The notes: generated by a model from the sequence alone, not told the origin. A stretch of 64,000 nt of DNA from Candidatus Multivoradales bacterium (GCA_965248925.1 CBDFLE010000006.1:2944001-3008000); one strand, 5' to 3'; shown: positions 9,150 through 18,511, counted from the first letter of the stretch. Numbers and translations: made by a program.

Positions 9150-11348
9150 GTGCCCGTAGAAGCCAAGATCACCGCCGGCTTGAGAGTAACCTCCACTCTT
9201 GGCCTCAGACCGTCGGTGCGCGCCCAGGTTGGCAGTCTCAACTCCGGCCCGGACCTCGCCGCAACTGTAAGCCGTGCCGCTTTGGAGCGTTACACCGGCG
9301 CAAGCTTGGTCCTCGGCCTGCGCATCGTGCTCGGCGGTGTCGACGTCACCAACGACCTCTCCGGCTCCCTAACCTGGCGAGAGTCGCTCGACGACCCTGT
9401 TCGCGAAGCCAGATTTACCTTGCTCGGGCGCCCCTACAGCCCCACCGTCACCACCACCACATGGACCCGCACCCCGGTGCAGATCTACACCCTCCAGGGG
9501 CCACCCGGCGACGTGACCGAGGTGCTCGAACTCGACGGCTTGGTCGACACCTGCACCGCCAACACTCAGGGCAACGTCCAGATCACCGCCGGCGACTACG
9601 GCCTGGCCTACGCCCAAGGCGAGGTCTGCTACGAACTCGAGCCCCTTCGTGGCCTCAGCCGCGGCGCCATTGCCCGCAACGCGGCAGCTAGCGCTGGCGT
9701 CCTGCTGACCAATATCCCCGCCGGCGCCACCTACGACAAACCAGTCCAGGCCGACGGCGAGGGCCTGTTCGCCTTCCTCCAGCCCTTCGGCGAGCCCGAA
9801 GGCTGGCACTGGCGCACCCTTAACGACCACACCCTGCAGGCATATACCGCCAGGCTGCGCCATCCACCAGAGGCGCCCGACCACGTCTGGCAGCTGTGCG
9901 ATCTCTACGACCACGTCGAGATTACGCCACCCGAGGGCGTAGCCTCCCGCTGGGTCGTGCGCGGCCAGGGAGCCGTCCGCGTCAGCGAGGCGGGCGAAGT
10001 TACCGAGATCCGCGAAACGGAGGTCATCGCTCCCTACGCCATAAAGCGAGCCCAAGCCCGCCAAGAGTCCACTGGATCGATTGTCCAAACCCCCACCACC
10101 GAGACGGTCACGGATGAAGTGATCTCGCGCGTCATCGATCAAGTGACCAAGCGTGCGGGCAAGCTCATTCGCCAAGTGACCCGACAGCTCGGCTGGTACA
10201 ACCCAGCCCATGCCAAGCTCACCACCTCGAGCATCGGCACTCAATCGCCAGAGGGCTACTACTACCTGACCTCTCGCATCGACAGTGAGGACCGTTATGT
10301 CGTGTGGTCCGCTCAGCGATTCCTCGAGATCGGCCGCCGCGAAGAAACGTGGCAATACGACGCCGACGGCAACTTGATCGAGCGCCGTATCAAGACCTAC
10401 AGCTACCACCGCCGGCGCGCTGGCGTCCGTACCGCCAGTTCGCCGACTATCAACGTCATTGGCACCTTGGTCGGCGACGACGACCTCAGCTACAAAGACC
10501 GCGGCGCCGGTGCGATCGAGACATATGGGCTGAGCGAGGAGCAAATCACCCGCTACCAATACGACTCTGTCAACGGCGACGCACGAGTCGAAGACCAAGA
10601 GGTCTACACCTACCACTCACCGCAAGTAGCAGTAGACCCCACTTTCACCGGCCACTACGTCCTCAGCGACGGCACCGGCCAGGCCGACATCGTCGCCAAC
10701 TGGTCGAGCACCACCCAGCAAATTCGGACCAACATCACCGACTCTAGCGGCCGCCTGCTAGGCGTTTCCGACGTCCGTCTGGGCTATCAGGTAACCGAGA
10801 TCGCTGCCGGGCTATACGACTACGGCACCTTCCGCGCCAACCGCAAGCAAGCGCGCTTCGCCGTCCTCAGCCACAGCAACCAGGCCTATCGGGTCGAATC
10901 CGATGACCTCTACGTCGAAATCGAATACATCCCCGGCCATCCGGCCAAAGAGACCCGGCGCCAGGGTCGCCCGCCCCTACCTCGCTACCTCACCAGTCCC
11001 TGGGTCGAGCTCACCCAGCAGCCCGTCGAGGCCATTCATTCGGATTCGGTGCTCGAATCATATTTTGGATTCCGCCGCCAGGTCCTCCAGCATGACCATG
11101 TGCAGAGCGTGTCCGAGGCCCAGGCCATCCTCGACCAGCTGGTCGACCGCGCGCTTAGTCACCGCTTCCGAGTCCGCCGGCCAGATCATCCGGCGCGACC
11201 TGGCGACACCATTCGCCTGATCGACATCGACCGCGGCGTCGATCACCGTGCCCTGGTGATCGACGTACAGCGCGAGCGCAGCCTCTCGCCACCTCTCGGT
11301 GTGGCCACCTACCAGCTCGTAGCGCCGCTGCGCGAGGCCGCTGCATGA
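9150..11348 (+). CDS. Phage tail hub / central tip protein
   Basis: 732 aa; GAGGT RBS before GTG; GVDVTNDL N-terminus and PARPGDTIRL C-terminus typical of hub proteins. Confidence 0.65.
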   Translation: MPVEAKITAGLRVTSTLGLRPSVRAQVGSLNSGPDLAATVSRAALERYTGASLVLGLRIVLGGVDVTNDLSGSLTWRESLDDPVREARFTLLGRPYSPTVTTTTWTRTPVQIYTLQGPPGDVTEVLELDGLVDTCTANTQGNVQITAGDYGLAYAQGEVCYELEPLRGLSRGAIARNAAASAGVLLTNIPAGATYDKPVQADGEGLFAFLQPFGEPEGWHWRTLNDHTLQAYTARLRHPPEAPDHVWQLCDLYDHVEITPPEGVASRWVVRGQGAVRVSEAGEVTEIRETEVIAPYAIKRAQARQESTGSIVQTPTTETVTDEVISRVIDQVTKRAGKLIRQVTRQLGWYNPAHAKLTTSSIGTQSPEGYYYLTSRIDSEDRYVVWSAQRFLEIGRREETWQYDADGNLIERRIKTYSYHRRRAGVRTASSPTINVIGTLVGDDDLSYKDRGAGAIETYGLSEEQITRYQYDSVNGDARVEDQEVYTYHSPQVAVDPTFTGHYVLSDGTGQADIVANWSSTTQQIRTNITDSSGRLLGVSDVRLGYQVTEIAAGLYDYGTFRANRKQARFAVLSHSNQAYRVESDDLYVEIEYIPGHPAKETRRQGRPPLPRYLTSPWVELTQQPVEAIHSDSVLESYFGFRRQVLQHDHVQSVSEAQAILDQLVDRALSHRFRVRRPDHPARPGDTIRLIDIDRGVDHRALVIDVQRERSLSPPLGVATYQLVAPLREAAA

Positions 11349-12808
11349 GCCTACGCCGCGAACTAGAACTCCTCTTTGCTCGCCGACACAAGCGCGAGCG
11401 CAGCCTGGCGCCCCGGCGCGTGCTCGGCCGCAACCGAGACGGCACCGAGCAGCACCAACGACTCGACGCCGAATGCGAGCTTCGCGCAGGCCAAGGCTCC
11501 CACGCCGTCGGCCAGGTCACCCTCTCGCCCGCCGCCCCGCCCTTTCGCGACCCCGGCGCTGCAGGCGTCGCCGGCCTCGGCAGTTCGGGCAGCGGAGGCC
11601 TGGTATGGATTGAAGAGCAAGATCCGGCGGAGCTGCCACAAGGATTCGAAGGGCTCGTCACCCTAAGCGGCCGAGGATTGTCAGCCGCCATTCACCTCGA
11701 GCACCGTCTACTCGAAGACAGCGCTATCGCCCACCCCGGCATCACTCTTAACGATGTGACTGCCATCGATTCGTTGACTCTAGAGCTCGATGTCACTGTC
11801 GCCCAAGACGCCGAACTCGTCGACGAAGCGCCACTCGCCTATGGCCTCACCAGCCCGCCCAGCCGGCTGCGTCCCGCGCTCTATTCCGTGGTGCCACCCA
11901 TCGCCGAGCCCGCATATCTGGCCTACATTGATGACGACGGCACCCTAATCCTGGCCGTCTACACCTCAGACGGCTCATATATAGAGGACACCGGCACCGT
12001 CGGCTACAGCACCGCCGAAGGCCTGGTCGCCATCGCCCAAGATCCCGCCGATCTGGTTAACCCCGGATCGCTCGTTTACATGGAAAACGAAGGGAGTGGC
12101 AATGGCTACACCTCGGCGTTGGTGCACGATTTCGTCGCTGATCTTACCTACCGACACGATGCCACCGCCGGCTGGGTCATGACCGCCGCCCTCCCAGTAA
12201 GCACCTGGCTTTATTGGGTCGAGTACCTCGATGGCCCATCCACCGAGACCCTCGATCTCCAGCTCCACCGAGCTAAGCCGGATCTCACCCTCCACGAGAC
12301 CATCGGATCTACCATCACTATCGGCACCGGGTCAGACTCAGACGGTTGGCTACAAAGCAACCTCAGCGCAATCACAGACACCCACTACCTGCTGCGCCCC
12401 TTCGGACACTTCAGCTTCGAGGTGATTTTCGGCCGCCGAGTCCGCGTAGATCTCGCTACTGGCCTGGCTACCGAGCACGCACAATCGCTCGATCAGTCAG
12501 TGCGCGGTAGCATCGGACTGTCCACCGGCACCAGCTCTCTAGCTGTAGGTAATGCCGGATCAGGAATGCAGCATTGGGATGGGCAAGCCACCAGCGACTG
12601 GGCCTCGTGGGTCCCTGGGACCTGGCCCACAGTTGCGCCGACTACCGTCCAGGTAGCATCTGGGCAGGCAGTCATCTGGGACGGCATCGACGTGCGCACC
12701 TCGTCGGCCGTCAACCCACCGATCCAACCCACGGCTCAGGCCACCCTCGAGCCACACCCATCCGGCGGAGACATCCTCGCCGTCACGCTGGTCTCTACCA
12801 GCCCATAG
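11345..12808 (+). CDS. Phage tail fibre / receptor-binding-like protein
   Basis: 487 aa; Ig-like central part (P.EL.QG...VTLSGRGL) and beta-rich C-terminus. Confidence 0.55.
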   Translation: MSLRRELELLFARRHKRERSLAPRRVLGRNRDGTEQHQRLDAECELRAGQGSHAVGQVTLSPAAPPFRDPGAAGVAGLGSSGSGGLVWIEEQDPAELPQGFEGLVTLSGRGLSAAIHLEHRLLEDSAIAHPGITLNDVTAIDSLTLELDVTVAQDAELVDEAPLAYGLTSPPSRLRPALYSVVPPIAEPAYLAYIDDDGTLILAVYTSDGSYIEDTGTVGYSTAEGLVAIAQDPADLVNPGSLVYMENEGSGNGYTSALVHDFVADLTYRHDATAGWVMTAALPVSTWLYWVEYLDGPSTETLDLQLHRAKPDLTLHETIGSTITIGTGSDSDGWLQSNLSAITDTHYLLRPFGHFSFEVIFGRRVRVDLATGLATEHAQSLDQSVRGSIGLSTGTSSLAVGNAGSGMQHWDGQATSDWASWVPGTWPTVAPTTVQVASGQAVIWDGIDVRTSSAVNPPIQPTAQATLEPHPSGGDILAVTLVSTSP

Positions 12809-12816
12809 GGAGCGCC

Positions 12817-14304
12817 ATGATCCAGATCTACGACGCCACCAACACCGCCGAGGTCACCAATCTCACGGCCGACCTCCAAGCCGGTGCCACCACGGCGCCC
12901 ATTACGCTAAACCTATGGAACAACAAAGACGGCCTCGGCGGAGAGGTGATCCGCGAGATCTTGCTGATTGTCTATACGGAGGACCCGGCTGCGGTCGGCA
13001 ACTACCTCCGTAGCGGCGTCCCGCCGCAAGACGAGCTTTGGCACCAGCTGCGGGTCACCGGCCACGACAACACCAACGCCCCCACCCAGCAGCCCTATTT
13101 GACCGATTGGATTGCCCTCGGCGCCTATCGCGTGCTGCGGATCCCAGATCTCCACCCACAGGCCAGCCGCCAGCTCGAGATCCGCTGGCGCGTCCCTGGC
13201 GCTGCCCAGGCCAACCTCTGGACCATCCACCTCGAAGTCGCTCACTCAGAGCACGCCCAGCCCTTGCCCGGCCCGCTGGCGCTCCACCCGCGCGGCATCC
13301 TGCCCCTCACAGATCAACGCAGCGCCTACCACCTCGTCCGCGGTGGACAGGTCACCCCCTCCGCCATTGCCGACGATCAGATCCACGTTGCCGCCATCCA
13401 ATCAACCCTCGCCGGCCAGATCCACGGCCACATCGCCGCCGACTTCACCCTCGACCAAAACGCCGCCGACCACGCCCTCGCCATCGGCGAGAAGTACTAC
13501 GCCGCCCTCAGCATCGGCCCCACAGGCGTCACCGCCACCAAGAGCACCGCCACTACTGGCCGCCCATCCATCCCCGCAGGGCACGCCGACACCGGCCTCA
13601 CCGTCCAGGTATCGCACCAACCCAGTGGCACCTCCCAGATCGATGCAGCCGACATCACCGGCGAAGTCACCTATGGACGAAGTCGCGTCATCGCCGGCCA
13701 AGGCCTCGAAGCCCGAGTCCACCCTGGCGAGATCGTCGCCGCCGGTACTCACCGGGTGTGGAGCACAGTCCAGCCCGTCAGCTTGTCCCCCACCGCCACG
13801 AATCACCTCTGGCAGCTAGCCGACGGAACCTACACAACCACCACCGCCCTGGCCGCTCCCGCCGGCGCCGTGCTCCTCGCTGAGCTCGACACCGACGCCA
13901 CTACCGTGCTAGCAGTCCGCGAGCGCCAGCGCGACGCCGGACCCCGTCGCGCCCTGCGCCTTCGCGGCCAACCCGAGGCCGGCCCTGGGCAACTCGACGA
14001 TCTGCTCATCACCGAGTCCCTACAACTTGAGCAAATCCAGGCCCGGCTCAGCGACGCCGGCGGCGGCACCGCCGGCCAGACCGTGCTCGATTTCCAGATC
14101 GACGGCACCACCGTCTACACCAGCCACGCCACCGAAGACCATCGCCCCGTGTTCGCCTTCGACGCCGGGAGCCTGGTCCACACCACCGGCATCCCCGAGT
14201 TGACCCAGATACCCGCCGGCGCCGTGCTCAGCCTCCACACCGCCGAGCACCCCACCGGTGGCGCCGCGCCGGCGATCGCCGAAATCACCCTGCTTTGTAG
14301 ATAA
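12817..14304 (+). CDS. Phage structural / tail fibre-like protein
   Basis: GGGAG RBS before ATG 12817; Thr/Ala-rich beta protein. Confidence 0.6.
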   Translation: MIQIYDATNTAEVTNLTADLQAGATTAPITLNLWNNKDGLGGEVIREILLIVYTEDPAAVGNYLRSGVPPQDELWHQLRVTGHDNTNAPTQQPYLTDWIALGAYRVLRIPDLHPQASRQLEIRWRVPGAAQANLWTIHLEVAHSEHAQPLPGPLALHPRGILPLTDQRSAYHLVRGGQVTPSAIADDQIHVAAIQSTLAGQIHGHIAADFTLDQNAADHALAIGEKYYAALSIGPTGVTATKSTATTGRPSIPAGHADTGLTVQVSHQPSGTSQIDAADITGEVTYGRSRVIAGQGLEARVHPGEIVAAGTHRVWSTVQPVSLSPTATNHLWQLADGTYTTTTALAAPAGAVLLAELDTDATTVLAVRERQRDAGPRRALRLRGQPEAGPGQLDDLLITESLQLEQIQARLSDAGGGTAGQTVLDFQIDGTTVYTSHATEDHRPVFAFDAGSLVHTTGIPELTQIPAGAVLSLHTAEHPTGGAAPAIAEITLLCR

Positions 14305-14313
14305 GGAGAGGAT

Positions 14314-14601
14314 GTGCCAGACCTTGGAACCCTAATCGGTGCAGCTGGAGGCCTTACCGGCGTAGTCAGCCTTGTCCACGCTCGCGCCACCCGCCGCAAA
14401 ATCAACGCGGACGCAGACCAAATAATCGCGAGAGCCGCCGGCGACATTACAGGCTCCTACAGTGCGCTAGTCGCACAGCTCGAATCCCGGCTCGCATCGC
14501 TCGAAGAGACCGTCAAGGCCCTGAGCCAAGATGTCGAAGAGTGCCACCGAGAGCGCCGCGAACTGCTGCGCTCAGTTGCCGCCAATTCCCAACCACAGTA
14601 G
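14314..14601 (+). CDS. Holin-like membrane-anchored coiled-coil protein
   Basis: AAGGAGAGG RBS; N-terminal hydrophobic helix then coiled coil; last phage gene. Confidence 0.5.
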   Translation: MPDLGTLIGAAGGLTGVVSLVHARATRRKINADADQIIARAAGDITGSYSALVAQLESRLASLEETVKALSQDVEECHRERRELLRSVAANSQPQ

Positions 14602-14700
14602 ATAGCGGTCTCGGTTACAAGGGGCAACCCCGCGGCCGTGGACAATATAGGGCCAACAGAAACAGGTGCCAGCCGATTGGCGGGCGGCGTCATCGGCATA

Positions 14701-14734
14701 GCCCGATCTGGGTATGAGCCGAGCCAGATCGGGC
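14701..14734. terminator. 11-bp perfect hairpin after the late operon
   Basis: GCCCGATCTGG-N12-CCAGATCGGGC; no clear U-tract. Confidence 0.35.
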
Positions 14735-14766
14735 GAAGTTCTGTGGCTTGAGGGGCTTCCGGCAGG

Positions 14767-14811
14767 CTCCGGAGCCGTAGGTCACAGGTTCGAATCCTGT
14801 CGGGCGCACCA
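14767..14811 (+). other. Prophage att site: duplicated 3' half of tRNA-Arg(CCG)
   Basis: CTCCGGA anticodon loop, GCCGT, T-arm ACAGG-TTCGAAT-CCTGT, CGGGCGC-A-CCA; upstream bases cannot form the D arm or 5' stems. Confidence 0.85.
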
Positions 14812-14891
14812 CTCCTTCTCTCCTTAGATTCAATAGTTTAAGGCCGTTTTTGGCCATCCGTTAAAGCGGATGGATAGGCTGCCTGCACCGA

Positions 14892-15017
14892 CGGAATCCG
14901 ACCACCGATTCCGATTGAAAGTGACCAGTGATTCCACCGGAATATGACCATCGATTCCGATCGAAAGTGACCACTTTTCCGGGTCGATCGGAATGGGTGG
15001 TCAGATTGGATCGGAAT
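14892..15017. repeat. IS21 terminal transposase-binding repeats (four direct ~23-bp units plus an inverted copy)
   Basis: GAAnnnGACCAnnnnTTCC-like units at 14892-14912, 14913-14935, 14936-14958, 14959-14980; inverted copy 14990-15017. Confidence 0.8.
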
Positions 15018-15093
15018 CCTGGCCACGGCGGAGTTCGACGGTAGCGCGCTCCTCACAATTGGGGTATTCCAGCCTCCTTGAAAGGAGGATTGG

Positions 15094-16113
15094 ATGCCGA
15101 GAGTGAGGACATCGATGCGCAAGATACGCGAGGTACTGAGACTGAAATGGCAGCATGGCCTGTCGCACCGCCAGATCGGACGGTCGGTTCGGCTGGGCCA
15201 CGGGACGGTGTGCAACTACCTGCTGCGAGCCAAGGTTGAAGGCCTGAGCTGGGAGCAAGTAGCAGCTTTGAGCGACGCTGAGCTGGAGCAACGCCTGTAC
15301 CCTCGGCCGCAGCCGCTTCGGAGGGGTGGTCAGCGAGCCTTGCCCGACTGGACCAAGGTGCATGGCGAGCTGAAGAAGAAGGGCGTAACCCTGTCGCTGC
15401 TGTGGCAAGAGTACCGGGAGGACCATCCCGACGGCTACGGTCTCAGCCGCTTCTGTCAGCTGTACCGGATCTGGGAAGGGCGCCTGGATGTGTGCCTGCG
15501 CCAAGCCTACCGGGCGGGCGAGAAGCTGTTCGTCGACTACGCCGGACAGACCGTGAGGGTGATCGACCCGGCGACTGGCAAAGCGCGCGAAGCGCAGATC
15601 TTCGTGGCGGTGCTGGGGGCGAGCAACTACACCTATGCCGAAGCAACGTGGAGCCAGGGCCTGGAGGACTGGATCGGCTCTCATGTGCGGACCTTCGCGG
15701 CTCTGGGCGGGGTGAGCGAGCTGGTGGTGCCGGACAATCTGAAGAGCGGCGTGACCAGCCCGTGCCGCTACGAGCCGGAGATCAATCGCACCTACGCGGA
15801 GTTGGCCGAGCACTACGGCGTGGCGGTGGTGCCGGCGCGGGTGAGGAAGCCCCAAGACAAGGCGAAGGTCGAAAATGGTGTATTGCAAGTGGAGCGCTGG
15901 ATTCTGGCCCGGCTGCGTAACCAGCAGTTCTTCAGCCTGCGAGAGCTCAACGAGAGCATCGCGAAGCTTCTGGTCGAGCTTAACGACCGTCCGCTGAAGG
16001 TGTTGGGCGTCTCGCGCCGAGCGCTGTTCGAGCAGGTCGATCGTCCTGCTCTGGGTGCTTTGCCGCGCCCTGTTCAGGGTGCCACCCAAGTCGTACTCAC
16101 CTGTTTTCAATAG
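15094..16113 (+). pseudogene. istA: IS21 transposase IstA, C-terminally truncated
   Basis: MRKIREVLRLK HTH; GEKLFVDYAG, VPDNLKSGV, PARVRKPQDKAKVE DDE motifs; 339 aa against about 500 expected, similarity lost near 16070. Confidence 0.88.
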
Positions 16114-16204
16114 TTTACGATGCATGAAGGTGAGGTGGCGGTCCAATTCGCTGCACGGCTCAGGACGCTACGCTAGCCGGCCGTAGCGTGCGTCTGCCGC
16201 ACGA

Positions 16205-16227
16205 AAGCCCCCCGGCCGGGGGGGCTT
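16205..16227 (-). terminator. Intrinsic terminator of the 16266-17846 gene
   Basis: AAGCCCCCC/GGGGGGCTT stem followed by a short U-run on the - strand. Confidence 0.6.
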
Positions 16228-16265
16228 GGGCGCCTCGTCGGGAGACTCCGTCGTGGGCAGCGGGG

Positions 16266-17846
16266 CTACTTGTAGAGGTCTTTGTAGAGCCCGCCGCCGG
16301 GGCAGAAGTAGGTGAAGGCGTAGACCGGGCTGTCGCGGTCTTTGAGGATGCGGTTGCAGACGAAGCAGCATTGTGGCCGGTTGACGCAGTCGCAGCCGGG
16401 GCAGTTGGTGACGATCTTCTCGGAGTGGTTGACGGTGGCGAACCAGTCGAGGTCGCCAGGCTCGGGGCATTGGGGATTCTTGCGGGTATAGTCGTCAGCA
16501 AGGATCTTGACCATGCCGGGTTTCTGTACCCAGGTACCGAGGCCTGTGGAGTAGCCGTGGCAGTTTTGAGCCACGTCAACGTTGCCATCGGTGAACGAGT
16601 AGCCCTGGTATTTCCAGTCCCAGTAGGCCTTCACTTCGGCGCTGGTGATTCCGTTGATCGGGTAGTTGTTGACGATATGTACATGCTCGAAGCGGTTGCC
16701 GGCGCCGGTGTTGTGACCGTCCCAGCCTTGGAGCTGCGGTAGCCAAACCTTGCCGTGGTGGCCGTTCTGCTGCATGTTGACGCCATTGCGACGGAACAGG
16801 ATCGGGCCGCCACTGGGGACGTCGAGTGGGTTGTTCTGCAGTGCTTTTATCTGCGCCGGCGGAAGCTCGAAATCGGCACCGTAAAAAGCTCTGTGGACGG
16901 CCTCCAGCTGTACCCTGTCGAGGTCCAGCAGTTCGAAGCTACGCAGCACTCGGCTGTCGTCTGCCAGGCGGGCACCGAGACGGTAGGCCAGGTCGGTCTG
17001 CCAAAACTCGGCATCGTAGGGTAACAGGCGGTGTTTGACCAAGTTCTTGCTGGCGCGCAGTCGACCCTCTAGGCCGGCAAGTTTCGAGTCCGCTGCCACG
17101 GCTTTTCTCTGGGTGGCGGCGAGGAAGTGCGCGTTGCCGACAATGCCGGCTCGACCCAGGGTGATCTGGCGCAACTCTGAATGGGCGGCCTTGGCGGTCG
17201 CCGCGCGCGACCGAAGCTGCTCGACTTTCTCGGGAGAAGCGTGCTCAGCAATCACTTCGGTTTGGCCGAGAAGGCCGGAAATCACGTTCAAAGCTCCCCA
17301 GGCCAGGGTGACGCCGCGCACGGTCGGTGAGCGAGTCGAGGTGTCTGAGATTCGCAGGTTGAGATGCTGTTCGCTTCCCTCTTCCATCTCTGCCATTCGT
17401 GACGCGAAGGTCTCGGCGTGGAGGTTCTCGTAATACGACAGGTACTTCCCCAGCAGCCATCGCTGCTCCTTGGCCGGCAGCCGGTCGAGTTCTTCGAGCA
17501 CCTTGGCGACGCGGCGGTTGCTAAGGATGTAGCGCAGGTCATCAAGCTCGGTGGCAATCCACGACTGGATCGAAGGACCTGGATTGTAGTAGCCGTCGAC
17601 CCAATGGAGGTGGAGCAGCGAGTCCTCCAGATTCTCGTTGCGGAGTTCCTGGATCACGCCCCCGACCCTGTACATGAAATCGTCATTGTGGGGCGATGGA
17701 ATGCCGCTGCCCAGTGGGCAGGCGTCGATGAAGTCGTCGACTGGAACGATCAAGACCGAGGTGCCGGCAGCTGCCGCGGGGCCGGCGAGCGTCGAGAGCA
17801 CGAGGGCGGTGACTAGCTGGGACAGATTTGCTTTCCCCTTCGGCAT
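16266..17846 (-). CDS. Secreted protein with C-terminal papain-like Cys/His domain
   Basis: AGGAGG RBS; signal peptide; NCHGYS...W...DDY...PGD...HS motif; Cys-rich insert. Confidence 0.7.
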   Translation of the reverse strand: MPKGKANLSQLVTALVLSTLAGPAAAAGTSVLIVPVDDFIDACPLGSGIPSPHNDDFMYRVGGVIQELRNENLEDSLLHLHWVDGYYNPGPSIQSWIATELDDLRYILSNRRVAKVLEELDRLPAKEQRWLLGKYLSYYENLHAETFASRMAEMEEGSEQHLNLRISDTSTRSPTVRGVTLAWGALNVISGLLGQTEVIAEHASPEKVEQLRSRAATAKAAHSELRQITLGRAGIVGNAHFLAATQRKAVAADSKLAGLEGRLRASKNLVKHRLLPYDAEFWQTDLAYRLGARLADDSRVLRSFELLDLDRVQLEAVHRAFYGADFELPPAQIKALQNNPLDVPSGGPILFRRNGVNMQQNGHHGKVWLPQLQGWDGHNTGAGNRFEHVHIVNNYPINGITSAEVKAYWDWKYQGYSFTDGNVDVAQNCHGYSTGLGTWVQKPGMVKILADDYTRKNPQCPEPGDLDWFATVNHSEKIVTNCPGCDCVNRPQCCFVCNRILKDRDSPVYAFTYFCPGGGLYKDLYK

Positions 17847-18025
17847 GAGTTTCCTCCTGAGATACGCGCGAGCGCTAACCGCGATCGCCTGAGTCCGTTA
17901 TCTTGGCTATACTTCTTGAAGGAGTCGCCCCAGTTGTCGATTGGCCCTAGCCAGGCCCGTCCATTCAGTTTGGTGTATACTCCGTCGTTGGTACCTAACT
18001 AGACGGCTCGCATTGGAGGCTACGG

Positions 18026-18511
18026 ATGTCTGGACGCTCGATTCGGTGGATGGTTTTGGCCCTGTTTTTCAGCTTGGTGGCTGTGGCAGCGACGGCGCAG
18101 GTCTATACGGTGACGCTGCATAACGGCACCACCTTTGAGAGCCGGTATGAGCCGGAGGATGCAGGTTTCAGCGAAGACGTGGTGATTCTGGCCACTGACC
18201 AAGGCAACTGGATAGCACTGGACAAGGCCGATATCGCCGACGTGGTCTCGTCGGTCGAGGACAGCGGTTTTGGCTATCAGCTCGACACCACGACGGTGGT
18301 CATCGGTTGGTCGCCGAACGATCTGGTGACCGAGAACGAGGACGGCGAGATTGTTTCCGAGTGGGGCTTCATCGACGACCCGGTGGAGGGTGGTGGCAAC
18401 TACTCGTTGGAGCAGTTCATCAGTCCGCCCGTAGTGGGAACCGGACTATCGGCTGGCGGGCTGCCGATAGTCTACGTCAACCAGAATTCCGGTGGCGGCG
18501 GCGTTCGATAG
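18026..18511 (+). CDS. Secreted acidic hypothetical protein
   Basis: GGAGG RBS; signal peptide ending ATA-Q. Confidence 0.75.
   Translation: MSGRSIRWMVLALFFSLVAVAATAQVYTVTLHNGTTFESRYEPEDAGFSEDVVILATDQGNWIALDKADIADVVSSVEDSGFGYQLDTTTVVIGWSPNDLVTENEDGEIVSEWGFIDDPVEGGGNYSLEQFISPPVVGTGLSAGGLPIVYVNQNSGGGGVR

Larger units (their letters stand above)
1..14811 (+). mobile_element. Prophage, right arm (head, tail, holin-like gene, att site); left part lies outside the window
   Basis: Co-oriented, tightly packed or overlapping structural genes in canonical order, ending at a tRNA 3' fragment; + strand noticeably C-rich relative to the host region. Confidence 0.92.
14884..16113 (+). mobile_element. IS21-family insertion sequence remnant (left end plus truncated istA, no istB)
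   Basis: Multiple ~23-bp terminal repeats followed by istA. Confidence 0.88.

Noticed and set aside
9369-10616. Long antisense or alternate-frame ORFs (also 15001-16146, 28653-29762, 43329-44630)
   Set aside because: Shadow frames of well-supported genes, as expected in high-GC DNA; no motifs or RBS support.
11345-14601. Diversity-generating retroelement or invertible tail-fibre cassette
   Set aside because: No reverse transcriptase, invertase, template/variable repeat pair or inverted fibre genes visible in this window.
1-14601. Contractile injection system, tailocin or gene transfer agent
   Set aside because: Capsid and protease genes are present, no sheath gene is recognisable, and the region ends at an att-like tRNA fragment.
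14735-14811. Complete tRNA-Arg gene
   Set aside because: The 5' acceptor strand, D arm and 5' anticodon stem are missing; only the 3' 45 nt are tRNA-like.
14892-15017. CRISPR-like periodic repeats
   Set aside because: Units abut without unique spacers, sit directly before istA and match the multi-repeat ends of IS21 elements; no cas genes in the window.
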